Origin: a virus
Lineage: Duplodnaviria; Caudoviricetes
Length of the DNA stretch: 64,000 nt
Strand: one strand, 5' to 3'
IMG/VR virus record: IMGVR_UViG_3300013383_000017
Location: 1 to 64,000 of that record
A program made the translations under genes and the position numbers. The stretch's first letter is position 1; the number at the start of each line of letters is the position of its first letter. The notes under the pieces were generated by a model. That model saw only the letters and a program-made list of their open reading frames with translations, made no database searches and was not told the DNA's origin. This document shows, in pieces, positions 17,699-27,364 of this stretch.

Positions 17699-18369
17699 AT
17701 CAAATCAACATCAAAATCAAGATTGTAATCCTTATCGTACGCACCTTTTAGGTATCTCGCAAGCCTATCTACATTGAAATCAAGATTGTAATCATCGTTG
17801 TAATCCCCAAATAAAGACTTCAAACACGGCACATTCACCCTCAAATCCCCATCTATCCTCAATCCTGCGTATGGATGCATAAGAAATTGGTTCTCCTTAT
17901 GGTCATAGTCGTACCCTTTGAACACATTTTGTGGTTGCTCATAAATATTCCCAAGAGTGTATGTAACCCCCTTTAAGTGATACTCCCCTAAAACGGCTAT
18001 TATTTGCTCCTTTACGGCTTCTCTGTTGCGTGTAGCGGTCGAAGATGATACCTCGTCCACCTTAAACCAAAACACCACTGAAAACGGACTTTTTAGCACA
18101 CTCGCGCTCTTCTCCCATATCGTCTGTGGGTCGCGCAAATAAAAGAAACAAAAATTGCCAAGTTCCGCACACGGCATTACTTGTATGTACCTGCCCTTTC
18201 GGGTATATACATTGGCGGATGTAAAGGCTTTCCCGTCTTTGCGCTCTACGAGTGTTTCTGTTAGTCCGAAGATGTTGTCTAACCATCCTATGTTCTGCGC
18301 AAGCCTTATCTGTATCTGCGCTATCGCCGCATCGAATAAACGGCTATCTTCTTTTATAAATACTTTCAT
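17695..18369 (-). CDS. Tail completion / terminator-like protein
   Basis: Module position; duplicated C-terminal G.Y..DYNLDF motif. Confidence 0.55.
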   Translation of the reverse strand: MKVFIKEDSRLFDAAIAQIQIRLAQNIGWLDNIFGLTETLVERKDGKAFTSANVYTRKGRYIQVMPCAELGNFCFFYLRDPQTIWEKSASVLKSPFSVVFWFKVDEVSSSTATRNREAVKEQIIAVLGEYHLKGVTYTLGNIYEQPQNVFKGYDYDHKENQFLMHPYAGLRIDGDLRVNVPCLKSLFGDYNDDYNLDFNVDRLARYLKGAYDKDYNLDFDVDLI

Positions 18370-18860
18370 AATCGATTTTTTAATTCGTTTACCATATACG
18401 GCTGTATGTAATTATCTAATATCGTTGCCCACCGCTCGTCCATAAGCCCGAAGTTCCTCCATCCATACTTATCCATTATCCTTTGTGCATAGTTCGTTGT
18501 CCCCTCTACTGACATCGTTTCCTCATCGAACTGCATCCCTAACTCCAAATGAAACTTCCCATTGATGTACAAGTTCGGTGCGTCCAAGTTTGCCCTTTCC
18601 GTCTGCGATGGATAAGTGAGTTCGGCTTTCCACTGCTTGTATCTCCTCGCACTATCGATATTCTTAAAGTACCCTCCACTTGATTGCAAGTCTTCGGAAT
18701 AATAAGGGCGTAAATCCTCACCACTTGACGCCTTGCCCGAAAAGAGTTGCTCCCTCTGCTCTTGCAAGATTTCTTGCTCACAAGACTGCGCCCCCTCTCG
18801 GATAATCCCGTCAAGATTTTCTAAATACTCCGTTACACCCGTTAATAATTCCTCGATCAT
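18366..18860 (-). CDS. Neck / tail-completion protein
   Basis: Module position; PNLYINGKF motif. Confidence 0.55.
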   Translation of the reverse strand: MIEELLTGVTEYLENLDGIIREGAQSCEQEILQEQREQLFSGKASSGEDLRPYYSEDLQSSGGYFKNIDSARRYKQWKAELTYPSQTERANLDAPNLYINGKFHLELGMQFDEETMSVEGTTNYAQRIMDKYGWRNFGLMDERWATILDNYIQPYMVNELKNRL

Positions 18861-20143
18861 TATATCGACCCTATTCTAATTCCTCCATTCTTACAACTCA
18901 AACAAAGTGGGTCAAGCCCCTTTGTATCTATACTCAACGCCTTGAAAGCCCTATCTAATTGTCCTTTCAATCCGCGTATCCCTTGTCCGTTCCCCTCACT
19001 CTCAAATAGAATATCGTTCCTATCTGCGTTGAATTGCACTCGGTTCACCTCTACTTCGGGGTTCATAGCAAGCGACTTTAAGGCTTGATTGGCTACTTGC
19101 AACTGAATAACACTCGCAAAATCACCTCTCATAGCAATCAAAGTGTCCGTAAGGTCACATCCCATCGAAAACTGCATATTCAATCCATAGTTGTCACTCG
19201 GAGTGTAGATGTTCTTTTGTATATCCCACAACCTGCCATCCCAATCACTCCCGTTGATGTAGAAAGGCGACAACTGAACCCACTTGCCCATTGCTCGGTA
19301 GACATTCAAATCCCCCTTGTTGCAACTGCCACACGGCTCTCTGCTCCAATCCCTACCGAAATTAATGCTCTCCATATAATCGGGCAACTCTGCTTGCGAA
19401 TATACCAAGTACCAACTACCTCCCGAATTGAGGTCGTGGCTATAATACGGCAAGTAAGTTTCGGGCAAATCGAACCATTGGTAAGTCCCGTGAGTGGAAG
19501 TGTAGTTCATTTCTTTTACCCATATAGGCTCACTCCTCGATGAATGGAATAAATACAACTTCACTTTTCCGATGTTCCCTACGAACTGCATCCCAATCCG
19601 CTCTAACTTCATCGTTGCTCCATTGGCACGGATAGGAGTTATCTCAAACCCTACTAACCTACCATTGTTCGGAGTGCGTGCGGTTATCCTCCCTGTGCCG
19701 TCAAAAAGCGTCCTGCGGTCAAGTATGTTCTTCGTTTCAAGCCCTACTACCTTTTCCGTCATAAACCTCTGTACGACGGCTTTTATGCCACTATCGGTGA
19801 GTTTAGATAGGTACTCGGTAAGTGCGTGGTACAACTCCCAATAATCGGCGTCTAACACGCTTCGCCCTTGATTGTCATCCGCAACTGAACGATACAAGTC
19901 CTCCCCATATACCACAATATCACCCTTTGAGTAAGTCTTTGTCAGTTCGTACTCCGAATAGGCATAGTCTTTCGGCATTATCCCTTTCATAGCCCGTAAG
20001 GTAAGTAGCGGATGCGCTTCTTGAAAGTATAACCCACTATCCGATTGAGTGAGTTCCTCTCCTATCGTATATTCTTTGGCACGGGATTGCTCCCATCCAA
20101 CCACGCCACGAAAGGCGTTTACTATTTCTTTTATCCTTATCAT
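18860..20143 (-). CDS. Head-tail connector / structural protein
   Basis: 427 aa, directly after the major capsid gene. Confidence 0.6.
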   Translation of the reverse strand: MIRIKEIVNAFRGVVGWEQSRAKEYTIGEELTQSDSGLYFQEAHPLLTLRAMKGIMPKDYAYSEYELTKTYSKGDIVVYGEDLYRSVADDNQGRSVLDADYWELYHALTEYLSKLTDSGIKAVVQRFMTEKVVGLETKNILDRRTLFDGTGRITARTPNNGRLVGFEITPIRANGATMKLERIGMQFVGNIGKVKLYLFHSSRSEPIWVKEMNYTSTHGTYQWFDLPETYLPYYSHDLNSGGSWYLVYSQAELPDYMESINFGRDWSREPCGSCNKGDLNVYRAMGKWVQLSPFYINGSDWDGRLWDIQKNIYTPSDNYGLNMQFSMGCDLTDTLIAMRGDFASVIQLQVANQALKSLAMNPEVEVNRVQFNADRNDILFESEGNGQGIRGLKGQLDRAFKALSIDTKGLDPLCLSCKNGGIRIGSI

Positions 20144-20157
20144 ATTCCAAAGTTACT

Positions 20158-20204
20158 AAAAAAGGAGAAAGCAATCCCCTTTTCGGTTCATACTTTCTCC
20201 CTTT
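20158..20204 (-). terminator. Terminator after the capsid gene, abutting a TAACTTTG promoter box (20155-20148)
   Basis: GGAGAAAG...CTTTCTCC stem with T-run. Confidence 0.55.
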
Positions 20205-20232
20205 GAAAGACTATTTTAATTTGTCCCTACAA

Positions 20233-21345
20233 CTACGGAGTAACAGTTATAGCCTTTGTAGGAACAGGGTTGCTATCAGTGTTAGCAATAACTACCTGTG
20301 GAGTGTAGTCTGTACCCTTTGTTACCTGCGCCTTTATGATTGGAGATGCAAGAGTTTCTGCGTCAGAGTTGTATGCCACGATGAACGCTACATCTACACT
20401 GAACCCATAGTATTCTTTTACATCGCAAACCATATCTGCGGTAGCGGCTCCCGAAATCTTACTCTGGTCACCCACTTCCTCATAGTAGTGCAAGCCTACT
20501 GGGATGTCAATATAAGGCATATTGATTACACTCCATTCGTGTGTGCCACTCTTCGCTCCGCGTGCGGCTGCTCTATCGTAACGATATAGCATATCTACAC
20601 TTCCCTCTTCTACTGCATAGAAAGTAGCGTACTGACCCGTTGCATTGGCAAGACGATTGGTGAAGTGGAATTCCTTATTCTCGAATTCAAGTGTCTTGTC
20701 CACCTCGTTGTAAGTGCCAAGTTCTTGAAGTTTGCCAAGAATAGACTTCACACCTGCGTTTCCGATGATGTTCACCTTGCCATAGAAGTCGTTTGCTTCC
20801 ATCATTGGCTCGATGTCACCAAGTATGTTCTCACGAGAACCGAAAGGAACGCCGATAGTGTCTGCTGTCTTTGAGTAAAGCAAAGTGTCGGCAAATACCT
20901 TTGTCTTTGCGGCTTCAAGTGCGGCAATAGCGGCACTATCAAGTGCAGCACCAAGTGCGCGTGCAGACTTCTTGAACTTCGCCATAAAGTCCTTTTCATA
21001 GTCAATATCGTTGTTAGAATACTGACCCGGCACCATAGTGAAACCTACTGCATAGGTTACGAAACTTACATCCACAAGTGCAGAAGTATTCTCCGCATCT
21101 GCAATAGTACAAGTGCGTGCGTTGCTTACACTGACGGTTCCGTCATAGTTGATAACGGGCACTTGAAGTGTCTTACCTGCGCCGTTTCTTGCTTCCTCTC
21201 TCATTCTCTCCGAAAGAAGAGGTGCTCTCTCGCTCTGAACTCGGAAGAAGTTCAAAGCACCATAATCGCTTAAACGATTTTCGTTTTTGTCAAGGTTAGT
21301 GTCTTTGACCCTAATCGCTTGAATTTTAGTTGCTACTAATGTCAT
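20233..21345 (-). CDS. Major capsid protein
   Basis: 370 aa after the scaffold gene; sequence (YGAL, TIADAENTS, ANDFYG, HEW, YGFSVDVAF) resembles the B40-8/B124-14-type major head protein as I recall it. Confidence 0.85.
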   Translation of the reverse strand: MTLVATKIQAIRVKDTNLDKNENRLSDYGALNFFRVQSERAPLLSERMREEARNGAGKTLQVPVINYDGTVSVSNARTCTIADAENTSALVDVSFVTYAVGFTMVPGQYSNNDIDYEKDFMAKFKKSARALGAALDSAAIAALEAAKTKVFADTLLYSKTADTIGVPFGSRENILGDIEPMMEANDFYGKVNIIGNAGVKSILGKLQELGTYNEVDKTLEFENKEFHFTNRLANATGQYATFYAVEEGSVDMLYRYDRAAARGAKSGTHEWSVINMPYIDIPVGLHYYEEVGDQSKISGAATADMVCDVKEYYGFSVDVAFIVAYNSDAETLASPIIKAQVTKGTDYTPQVVIANTDSNPVPTKAITVTP

Positions 21346-21406
21346 AGTTTAGAACTTTTATTTTGTTTGATACTTTTAGACTTCCCCTTTGTCCGTTACT
21401 AAAAAA

Positions 21407-22270
21407 TTATCTTGTAGGAAGTTCGGAAATCTTGTTCTCTCTCCAATACTTGTCAAGTTCTTTTTGGAAAGCACTCGAACCCTTTACTAATCCTTTGGCA
21501 AGGAGTTCGGATGTAATCGCTTCCATTGCTTCCTCTTGCGTGCTTGCGGTTAGCACTTTCTCCTTTTGTGGAGTGGTCGTGCCCGTTCCCGTCTTTGTCT
21601 TCTCTGCCAATATACCATAGTTAGACAATTCTTTTACAAGAAGTTCTTTCGCGGTATATGGGTTGAGTTTGTTTTCGGGATTGTTCAGTGGTGAACCATT
21701 CTCGTCGTGGAAGATAAGTACTTCCTTTCCGTTTCTTTCCTCGTATTTAGGATTTAGTCCCTTAACGCGCTTTACGGCTTGTTCTACGAGTGTATTCACG
21801 GCAACCTCATTCAGTCCCTCTTTGTATTTCAAACCCGATTTAGCCACCTCAAAATCGTTGCTAATGCGGTAATTGAGGAGTTTCTTCTCACTCTCGCCCT
21901 CCAAAGCCTTATATTTGGTTTGTAGGTCGTTGAACTGCTCTTTGGTAGTCTTCAATTCGGCTCGTGTGGTTTCAAGTTCTTCACTTGTCCCCTCGCCTTT
22001 CTTCGACTTCAATTCGGCAATCTCGTTCTCGTACTTCGACTTCATTGCATCTATCGCGCGTGGTAGATAGTCGTAAGTCTTTTCCGCTCCGTTTCTTGGT
22101 ACTCCCGAATGCTCCTCGATGGATGCATCTAACTGACGATAGTGTTCACCGAACTTAACTCGGAACTGCTCGTTCTCATCATTCTGCGACAAAGTGACGA
22201 TTGCGCCAATCTGCTCTTCACTCAATCCTTTGAGTGCTTCGTTTGCGGTAATAATCTCTTGTGTCAGCAT
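21407..22270 (-). CDS. Capsid scaffolding protein
   Basis: Charged coiled coil, GTGT linker, position before the MCP gene. Confidence 0.75.
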   Translation of the reverse strand: MLTQEIITANEALKGLSEEQIGAIVTLSQNDENEQFRVKFGEHYRQLDASIEEHSGVPRNGAEKTYDYLPRAIDAMKSKYENEIAELKSKKGEGTSEELETTRAELKTTKEQFNDLQTKYKALEGESEKKLLNYRISNDFEVAKSGLKYKEGLNEVAVNTLVEQAVKRVKGLNPKYEERNGKEVLIFHDENGSPLNNPENKLNPYTAKELLVKELSNYGILAEKTKTGTGTTTPQKEKVLTASTQEEAMEAITSELLAKGLVKGSSAFQKELDKYWRENKISELPTR

Positions 22271-22272
22271 AC

Positions 22273-22623
22273 TTACTTCTTTTTAATCGGTGTTGGAGTA
22301 GGTGCTTTGTACTTCTTCTCGTACTCGGCTCTTACTTCGGCTTCTATCTCTTTACGCATCCTTTCTTCGGGCGTTTCAACTACTCTTTCGGTGTTGTACT
22401 TCCCTTCGGGATGGAATAGGATGTTGATTGTGTATCCCTGCAACTCTAAATTGCGCTTCACACTATCGAACATCTTTGGCGTGGTCTTAATCACCTCTTG
22501 TCGGCTAATCTTCTGCCCATTGTGAGGATTATAAGTCACTCGCTCAATCGTGTAGTGTACATATCCCTCCTCACCTTTCGGAAGTTGATATGTCGCTCTC
22601 GTTAACTTTGCGTTCTCTCGCAT
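22273..22623 (-). CDS. Hypothetical head-module protein
   Basis: Lies between portal and scaffold genes. Confidence 0.65.
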   Translation of the reverse strand: MRENAKLTRATYQLPKGEEGYVHYTIERVTYNPHNGQKISRQEVIKTTPKMFDSVKRNLELQGYTINILFHPEGKYNTERVVETPEERMRKEIEAEVRAEYEKKYKAPTPTPIKKK

Positions 22624-24304
22624 ACTCTAAAATTGTGTTATATATGGTTTCTATCTTGCTCTCGTAACTAACATCTGCTCCGAAATCCAAGATATTTGTA
22701 TTTTCCCGCTCAAATCTACGAATAAATCCGCTAAAATCGTTCTTCAAGATTACTTCTTCTGCGGAAATAAGGTGATTGAGGTATAGATTTAGCACTTCAT
22801 TCTTCTTCAAGTGTCTATATGGCTCTAATTCCGATAGGATTTTCATCCTCTGCAACTGCATAGGGTTGTGCCTATACTCGGTCTCAATCAACTGCGTGCG
22901 CAAGGCATCTAACTCCGTGTCGCTCGCTCCTCCCTCTTTGGCTTTGTTGTACCTGTCTTGTAGTACTTCGGGCGTAAGAGTGTAGAACTCCGTACCATAG
23001 TTGATATTCGCGCTGATGAAATTATCTCCGTACCTCAATATGCAGATAGTAGTATCTACCCACTTCTGTGCTTCCTCAAAGCCTTTCTTTATCCTATTGA
23101 GTACATTGTCTTTGCTTTCATAGGATGCATCCACCTGCTTGTCGTTGATAGACGCTTCGTTGATGATAGTGCTATCCACACCCACACACGATGCTATGAT
23201 ACTATTCTTCAACCTTTCCAAGTCCTCTACATTGTAGTCAAGGCTCTGTTTGTCGATAGAAAGCATTTGTATAGGGTTGCGCATATCGGGTAGTCCGTCC
23301 TTTGGTACGGGCACTTCGATATATGTTCCTGCTCCTGCAAGCGACTTCTTGCTCTTACATAACGGACAAGGAATTGGATTGCCGGCAACATCGAGTTTCA
23401 TAGTGCCGTCAGGCTTCTGCAAGTGTCCGTGATAACAGATATTCCCCTCTGCGTCTGTATAGTCGCACTCTTCCTCGTATCCCGAATAGATAGGGAACGA
23501 CCCGTATAAATCAAGATGCTTTTTAGATAGTACCCTAAATAGGTAGTAGTCCAAGTTTGCAAGTTCCTTACTCAAAGGAGACTTCTTTATATCCGGATTG
23601 GTGATGCTCAAAGGCTCGTTCCAAAAGAACCTTGTAGGGCAAAAGCCTAACCCGTGTGCAGAAGAAGAAAGTAACTTAATTACATCCGTGTCACGAACCT
23701 CGTATGTGCGATAGGCAAGCTCGTCAATAGCCACGATAGTATCCTTTGTACTGCGGAAGATAAGCCACTCCATCGCACCATTCATAGGATTGACGCTATA
23801 AGACACTACATTCGCTATCGGAACGGGATAGAAGTATGGTGCAGTCCTGCCCTCTTGTGGCTCTTGTGGCATATCTACTACCAAGATGCAGTTTATCTCT
23901 GTCTTGAAGTAATCCCACATCTTACTACTCCATACATCGGGTTCTCCAAGTACAAGAGTACGATAACGCTCCCAGTCAGCTCTTGCATCCGCGCTCTTGA
24001 ACTGATAATCAATAGCGGGATTGCGCCCCTCAAATACCTTTGACAACTTTGTGAAGATGCCATCGGTAATCGCATTGGTAGGGATAGGGAACTTTAAGTT
24101 GTTCAAGCAATTTAGATACTTGTCGTTAGGTAACATCGACTGCAAATAGAGTTTGAAGTCGTTGTATGGACGGCCTACCACTGCTGATAGGTTAGTATCT
24201 GCGTGGAACTTAATCCGCTCTTGTTGCTTTAAGGCTTCATTTATCTGCGGTCTTTTGCTTGACTGCCTTAACTCCGCTTGTATTTGATTTAGTAGTAAAG
24301 CCAT
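22571..24304 (-). CDS. Portal protein
   Basis: ~577 aa, upstream of scaffold/MCP; probable start MALLL. Confidence 0.75.
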   Translation of the reverse strand: MALLLNQIQAELRQSSKRPQINEALKQQERIKFHADTNLSAVVGRPYNDFKLYLQSMLPNDKYLNCLNNLKFPIPTNAITDGIFTKLSKVFEGRNPAIDYQFKSADARADWERYRTLVLGEPDVWSSKMWDYFKTEINCILVVDMPQEPQEGRTAPYFYPVPIANVVSYSVNPMNGAMEWLIFRSTKDTIVAIDELAYRTYEVRDTDVIKLLSSSAHGLGFCPTRFFWNEPLSITNPDIKKSPLSKELANLDYYLFRVLSKKHLDLYGSFPIYSGYEEECDYTDAEGNICYHGHLQKPDGTMKLDVAGNPIPCPLCKSKKSLAGAGTYIEVPVPKDGLPDMRNPIQMLSIDKQSLDYNVEDLERLKNSIIASCVGVDSTIINEASINDKQVDASYESKDNVLNRIKKGFEEAQKWVDTTICILRYGDNFISANINYGTEFYTLTPEVLQDRYNKAKEGGASDTELDALRTQLIETEYRHNPMQLQRMKILSELEPYRHLKKNEVLNLYLNHLISAEEVILKNDFSGFIRRFERENTNILDFGADVSYESKIETIYNTILEYARERKVNESDISTSER

Positions 24305-24449
24305 TCTTCGTCCATTCAAAGTTAGTATCCGTTACCCTCCACACGCAATTTGGAAGTCGCATTATCCGCTCTGCGTGCTCTATCTCGAAGAACTCTGCGG
24401 CACTACCCCCAATAGGAGTAAGTGCCACCAAAGTTTTCTTCGCACCCAT
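24237..24449 (-). CDS. Small conserved hypothetical protein
   Basis: FEIEHAERIMR motif; lies in the structural operon. Confidence 0.6.
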   Translation of the reverse strand: MGAKKTLVALTPIGGSAAEFFEIEHAERIMRLPNCVWRVTDTNFEWTKNGFTTKSNTSGVKAVKQKTADK

Positions 24450-25060
24450 TATAGGTCAGTTACTGAAAATTCAGTTGTTACTATCTCCAATCCGTCCGAA
24501 TAGTTCGGTGCAAAGGAGAACTGCAATGCGTTGTTGTCGGGTTCCTGCAATCCTCCGTGTATCTTATCCCCTACAAAGAGGGCTTGTATTGGAAGAGGAT
24601 AGTAGTTATCTCCGTCCTTGATTGCTTCTACCTGCCCATCCGCGTTGATAGGATACACTCCCAAAGACGCCTCACACATCAACTCTTTGAGGGCTACAAT
24701 AGCTTCCTGCGACCACTCGCGAAGTGCAAAGGTCATATTGGTAGGGTTTGAACCTACAATCTTCTCTACACCGCCCAAAGTGTCGTTTCCTCCTCCGAAA
24801 GTGATAGCATCTCCACCATCTTGTGTAGGTGCTTCTACGAATGGAGTTACGGCAATCTTTGTTCCGTCAGTAGCGGCAGTGAACTTCTGCCAAGTAGCCA
24901 GTTTGGTGATGTCGTTTGTCTTGTCGAACTTGTTTTTAGTCGTACCATCAGAATAGATACGTACAAATGCAAGTTTCTGAATTTGCCCGAAACTCTGCTT
25001 GCAAGTTACTTTTGGGATGTCAGGCAAAGCGGCCGAAGTAGTACATGAACATACTCTCAT
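24449..25060 (-). CDS. Major tail (tube) protein
   Basis: C.C...C..SFGQIQKLAF.R and FGGGN.TLGG motifs, resembling a B40-8-type major structural protein as I recall it. Confidence 0.65.
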   Translation of the reverse strand: MRVCSCTTSAALPDIPKVTCKQSFGQIQKLAFVRIYSDGTTKNKFDKTNDITKLATWQKFTAATDGTKIAVTPFVEAPTQDGGDAITFGGGNDTLGGVEKIVGSNPTNMTFALREWSQEAIVALKELMCEASLGVYPINADGQVEAIKDGDNYYPLPIQALFVGDKIHGGLQEPDNNALQFSFAPNYSDGLEIVTTEFSVTDL

Positions 25061-25113
25061 AATTCTATAATGTTAAAAGGTTTATAAATCGGGCTTACCC
25101 TTTGCCTACACCA

Positions 25114-25168
25114 CAAAGATAAAAAACTTATTTTTCTTTTGCAAATCCAATAAAATTTTGTATCTTTG
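25114..25168. promoter_or_regulatory. Divergent overlapping Bacteroidota promoters
   Basis: TATCTTTG on the minus strand (25121-25114) and on the plus strand (25161-25168), sharing a central TTTGCAAA. Confidence 0.75.
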
Positions 25169-25171
25169 TAG

Positions 25172-25665
25172 GTAGAGAAAGCGATGAATGGCGAATGTTC
25201 AAGTGATTTGTTAAGCCATACATAGAAAGCGATTTCGGGGCGTTGTTTTCTCTATATCTTTTCATGCCATCTTCCCCGAAGTCGTTTTCTTTTTACATAG
25301 TTGACGGAGTTAAGAGTGCGTTTCGCTTACACATTGGCACTATAATCCCAAAGCAAGTGAAACCCCTACGATTACGTTGTAGGCAACATACTTCGAGTTG
25401 ACGAAGTGAAGCAACGTCCACAAACTGACGACTTCGACAATTGACAATAGAAGATATAGCCAACAAGAGGTATGAATAACGTAAGACGTACGTTGTAATG
25501 AGAAAGGGACGGAGTGATGCACCCATACCGCAAGACTGGGATAACGCTCATCGGGGAAAAAAGTTTAACAACGCCCGCCATACAAACTGAATTGATTTTC
25601 TCTCTTGTATGTGAATGTATCTTTTATACTGGTCAAAGGATATAAAGGGCTTGAACACCCTATAA
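25172..25665 (+). ncRNA. Attenuator-like leader plus ~370-nt structured non-coding RNA candidate
   Basis: No credible ORF; alternative stems at 25174-25294 and many hairpins downstream. Confidence 0.5.
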
Positions 25666-25678
25666 TTTGTAGATTTTA

Positions 25679-25816
25679 ATGGTAACAGACAAACAAGTAC
25701 TCGATGAATTTAAGTTCTTCCTCTCAAAGTTGAAGTACGAAGAACTCGTGACCTTTTGGAAACTCCTACACACCCCTCGTATAGTGGACGCCGTTAAATC
25801 TGCCTTGAAGATATGA
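25679..25816 (+). CDS. Small hypothetical protein (45 aa, MVTDKQVLDEF...)
   Basis: Not in the ORF track; its stop overlaps the RNase H start (ATGA). Confidence 0.55.
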   Translation: MVTDKQVLDEFKFFLSKLKYEELVTFWKLLHTPRIVDAVKSALKI

Positions 25817-26229
25817 AATATACAATCTATACCGATGGCGGCTATTACCTGCGCTACGATGTCGGAGCCTTTGCCTATGTCATCCTCGACGAAGAGGGTA
25901 AAGTAGTGGCCTGCTCCTCGTCGAAAATCCAAAACGAAACAAGCAATCGCGCCGAACTCCTTGCAATCATCTACGCCATAGCACAACTCCCAATAGGAGT
26001 AGATGCTATCATCTATACCGATAGTAGATATTGCACCCTCGTCTGCAATAGCACAAAGCAATACACCCTCAATGCCGACCTCATCGAACTCTACCACAAT
26101 GTCGTCAACGCTCAAAGGGCAAACATAACTATAAAGAAAATCAAAGGTCACAGCGGCAACAAATGGAACGAAAAATGCGATGAAATGTGTACCCGTAACA
26201 TAAACGAACAACTACCATTCAAGAGATGA
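25813..26229 (+). CDS. rnhA: Ribonuclease HI
   Basis: YTDGG, TSNRAEL.A, YTDSRY and KGHSG..WNE.CD motifs. Confidence 0.92.
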   Translation: MKYTIYTDGGYYLRYDVGAFAYVILDEEGKVVACSSSKIQNETSNRAELLAIIYAIAQLPIGVDAIIYTDSRYCTLVCNSTKQYTLNADLIELYHNVVNAQRANITIKKIKGHSGNKWNEKCDEMCTRNINEQLPFKR

Positions 26230-26666
26230 AAGTATTAATCAAAAAACTCTCTCCTTTGGCTCAAATCCCAAAGAAAACCTACAAAGACGACTTCTGCTAC
26301 GATGTCGTCGCTACATCCGAAGAAGAAATAGCACCAAATGTGTGGAAATACGGCATCGGTCTTGCGTTCCAAATCGTACGACCTCACCCAAGTATCTACA
26401 ACCTCGCAATAGACTTCCGCCCTCGCTCCTCCGTATGGAAAACAGGGATGGTACTCTCTAACTGCGTCGGCACAATAGACGAACCCTATCGCGGCGAAGT
26501 ATCTGCCGTATTCTACCACCTCAATACCTCTCTGCCTCGATACAAAGTAGGCGACAAAATCGGCCAACTCAAACTCGGCATCACTACCCCTATCGAATGG
26601 CAAGAAACTGACACCCTCGACCAAACAGAACGCGGCGACAAAGGCTACGGCTCAACTGGCAAATAA
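26226..26666 (+). CDS. dut: dUTPase (trimeric)
   Basis: RPRSS, GTIDEPYRGE, GDKIGQ and RGDKGYGSTG motifs. Confidence 0.95.
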   Translation: MKVLIKKLSPLAQIPKKTYKDDFCYDVVATSEEEIAPNVWKYGIGLAFQIVRPHPSIYNLAIDFRPRSSVWKTGMVLSNCVGTIDEPYRGEVSAVFYHLNTSLPRYKVGDKIGQLKLGITTPIEWQETDTLDQTERGDKGYGSTGK

Positions 26667-26734
26667 GCCACTTATAACAGAAAATTTGTATCTTGTATCG
26701 CCAAAGGTCTAAACCCCTCTAAAAACGCCTAAAA

Positions 26735-26881
26735 ATGACAGACAATAAAGTACTCGAATACTGCAAACGATGCCACTTCCGCGAAAGACGCATCTGCAAA
26801 ACAACTCACCAATTTGAACACTTCTGCCTGCAAGCAAACGAATTCCATAAATTTATATCTCAATGTCCCCTAAAAAAGTAA
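26735..26881 (+). CDS. Small Cys-rich hypothetical protein (48 aa)
   Basis: MTDNKVLEYCKRCH...; not in the ORF track. Confidence 0.45.
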   Translation: MTDNKVLEYCKRCHFRERRICKTTHQFEHFCLQANEFHKFISQCPLKK

Positions 26882-27111
26882 TCAAACCCGTAATCACCGC
26901 AGTTAGAGATGCAAAAGGAAACAACATCCTCCGCAAACCTATCCTCAAACTGCACTACCACCCCGATACAATCAAAACAAATATCGACGCGCTCATAGAC
27001 AACGCGCCCGACCAACAAGCACTCTTCCTACTCGAAGATATAAAAACATTAACCGCGTGGGCACTCGCTCACCTAAACCTCAAAAACCCAAATGAAACAA
27101 AAATTGACTAA
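26863..27111 (+). CDS. Hypothetical protein
   Basis: Overlapping operon arrangement. Confidence 0.55.
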   Translation: MSPKKVIKPVITAVRDAKGNNILRKPILKLHYHPDTIKTNIDALIDNAPDQQALFLLEDIKTLTAWALAHLNLKNPNETKID

Positions 27112-27349
27112 ACTCGACCTCGACCAAGTACTCAACTACTTCCCCGTCTCTATCCTTTGGACTATTTGGCTCATCTCCTCCATAGTCCTACTCTGTACCC
27201 ACACCATCCCCCTACTCGTGGCTCTACTACCACTGCTCATCCCCCTCTCCGTGGGTCTCTCTATCCTCCTCATTATGGAACTCGCTAACCTAATTACCCT
27301 AATAACTAAACGCAAATCGGAAAAACTTAACGAAAAAGGGACTTCCTAA
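27092..27349 (+). CDS. Membrane protein (2 TM)
   Basis: Long hydrophobic stretches and a basic C-terminus. Confidence 0.6.
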   Translation: MKQKLTKLDLDQVLNYFPVSILWTIWLISSIVLLCTHTIPLLVALLPLLIPLSVGLSILLIMELANLITLITKRKSEKLNEKGTS

Positions 27350-27364
27350 CAGAAGCCCCCTTTT
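27333..27364. terminator. Bidirectional terminator between convergent genes
   Basis: AAAAAGGGGACTTC...GAAGCCCCCTTTT. Confidence 0.75.
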
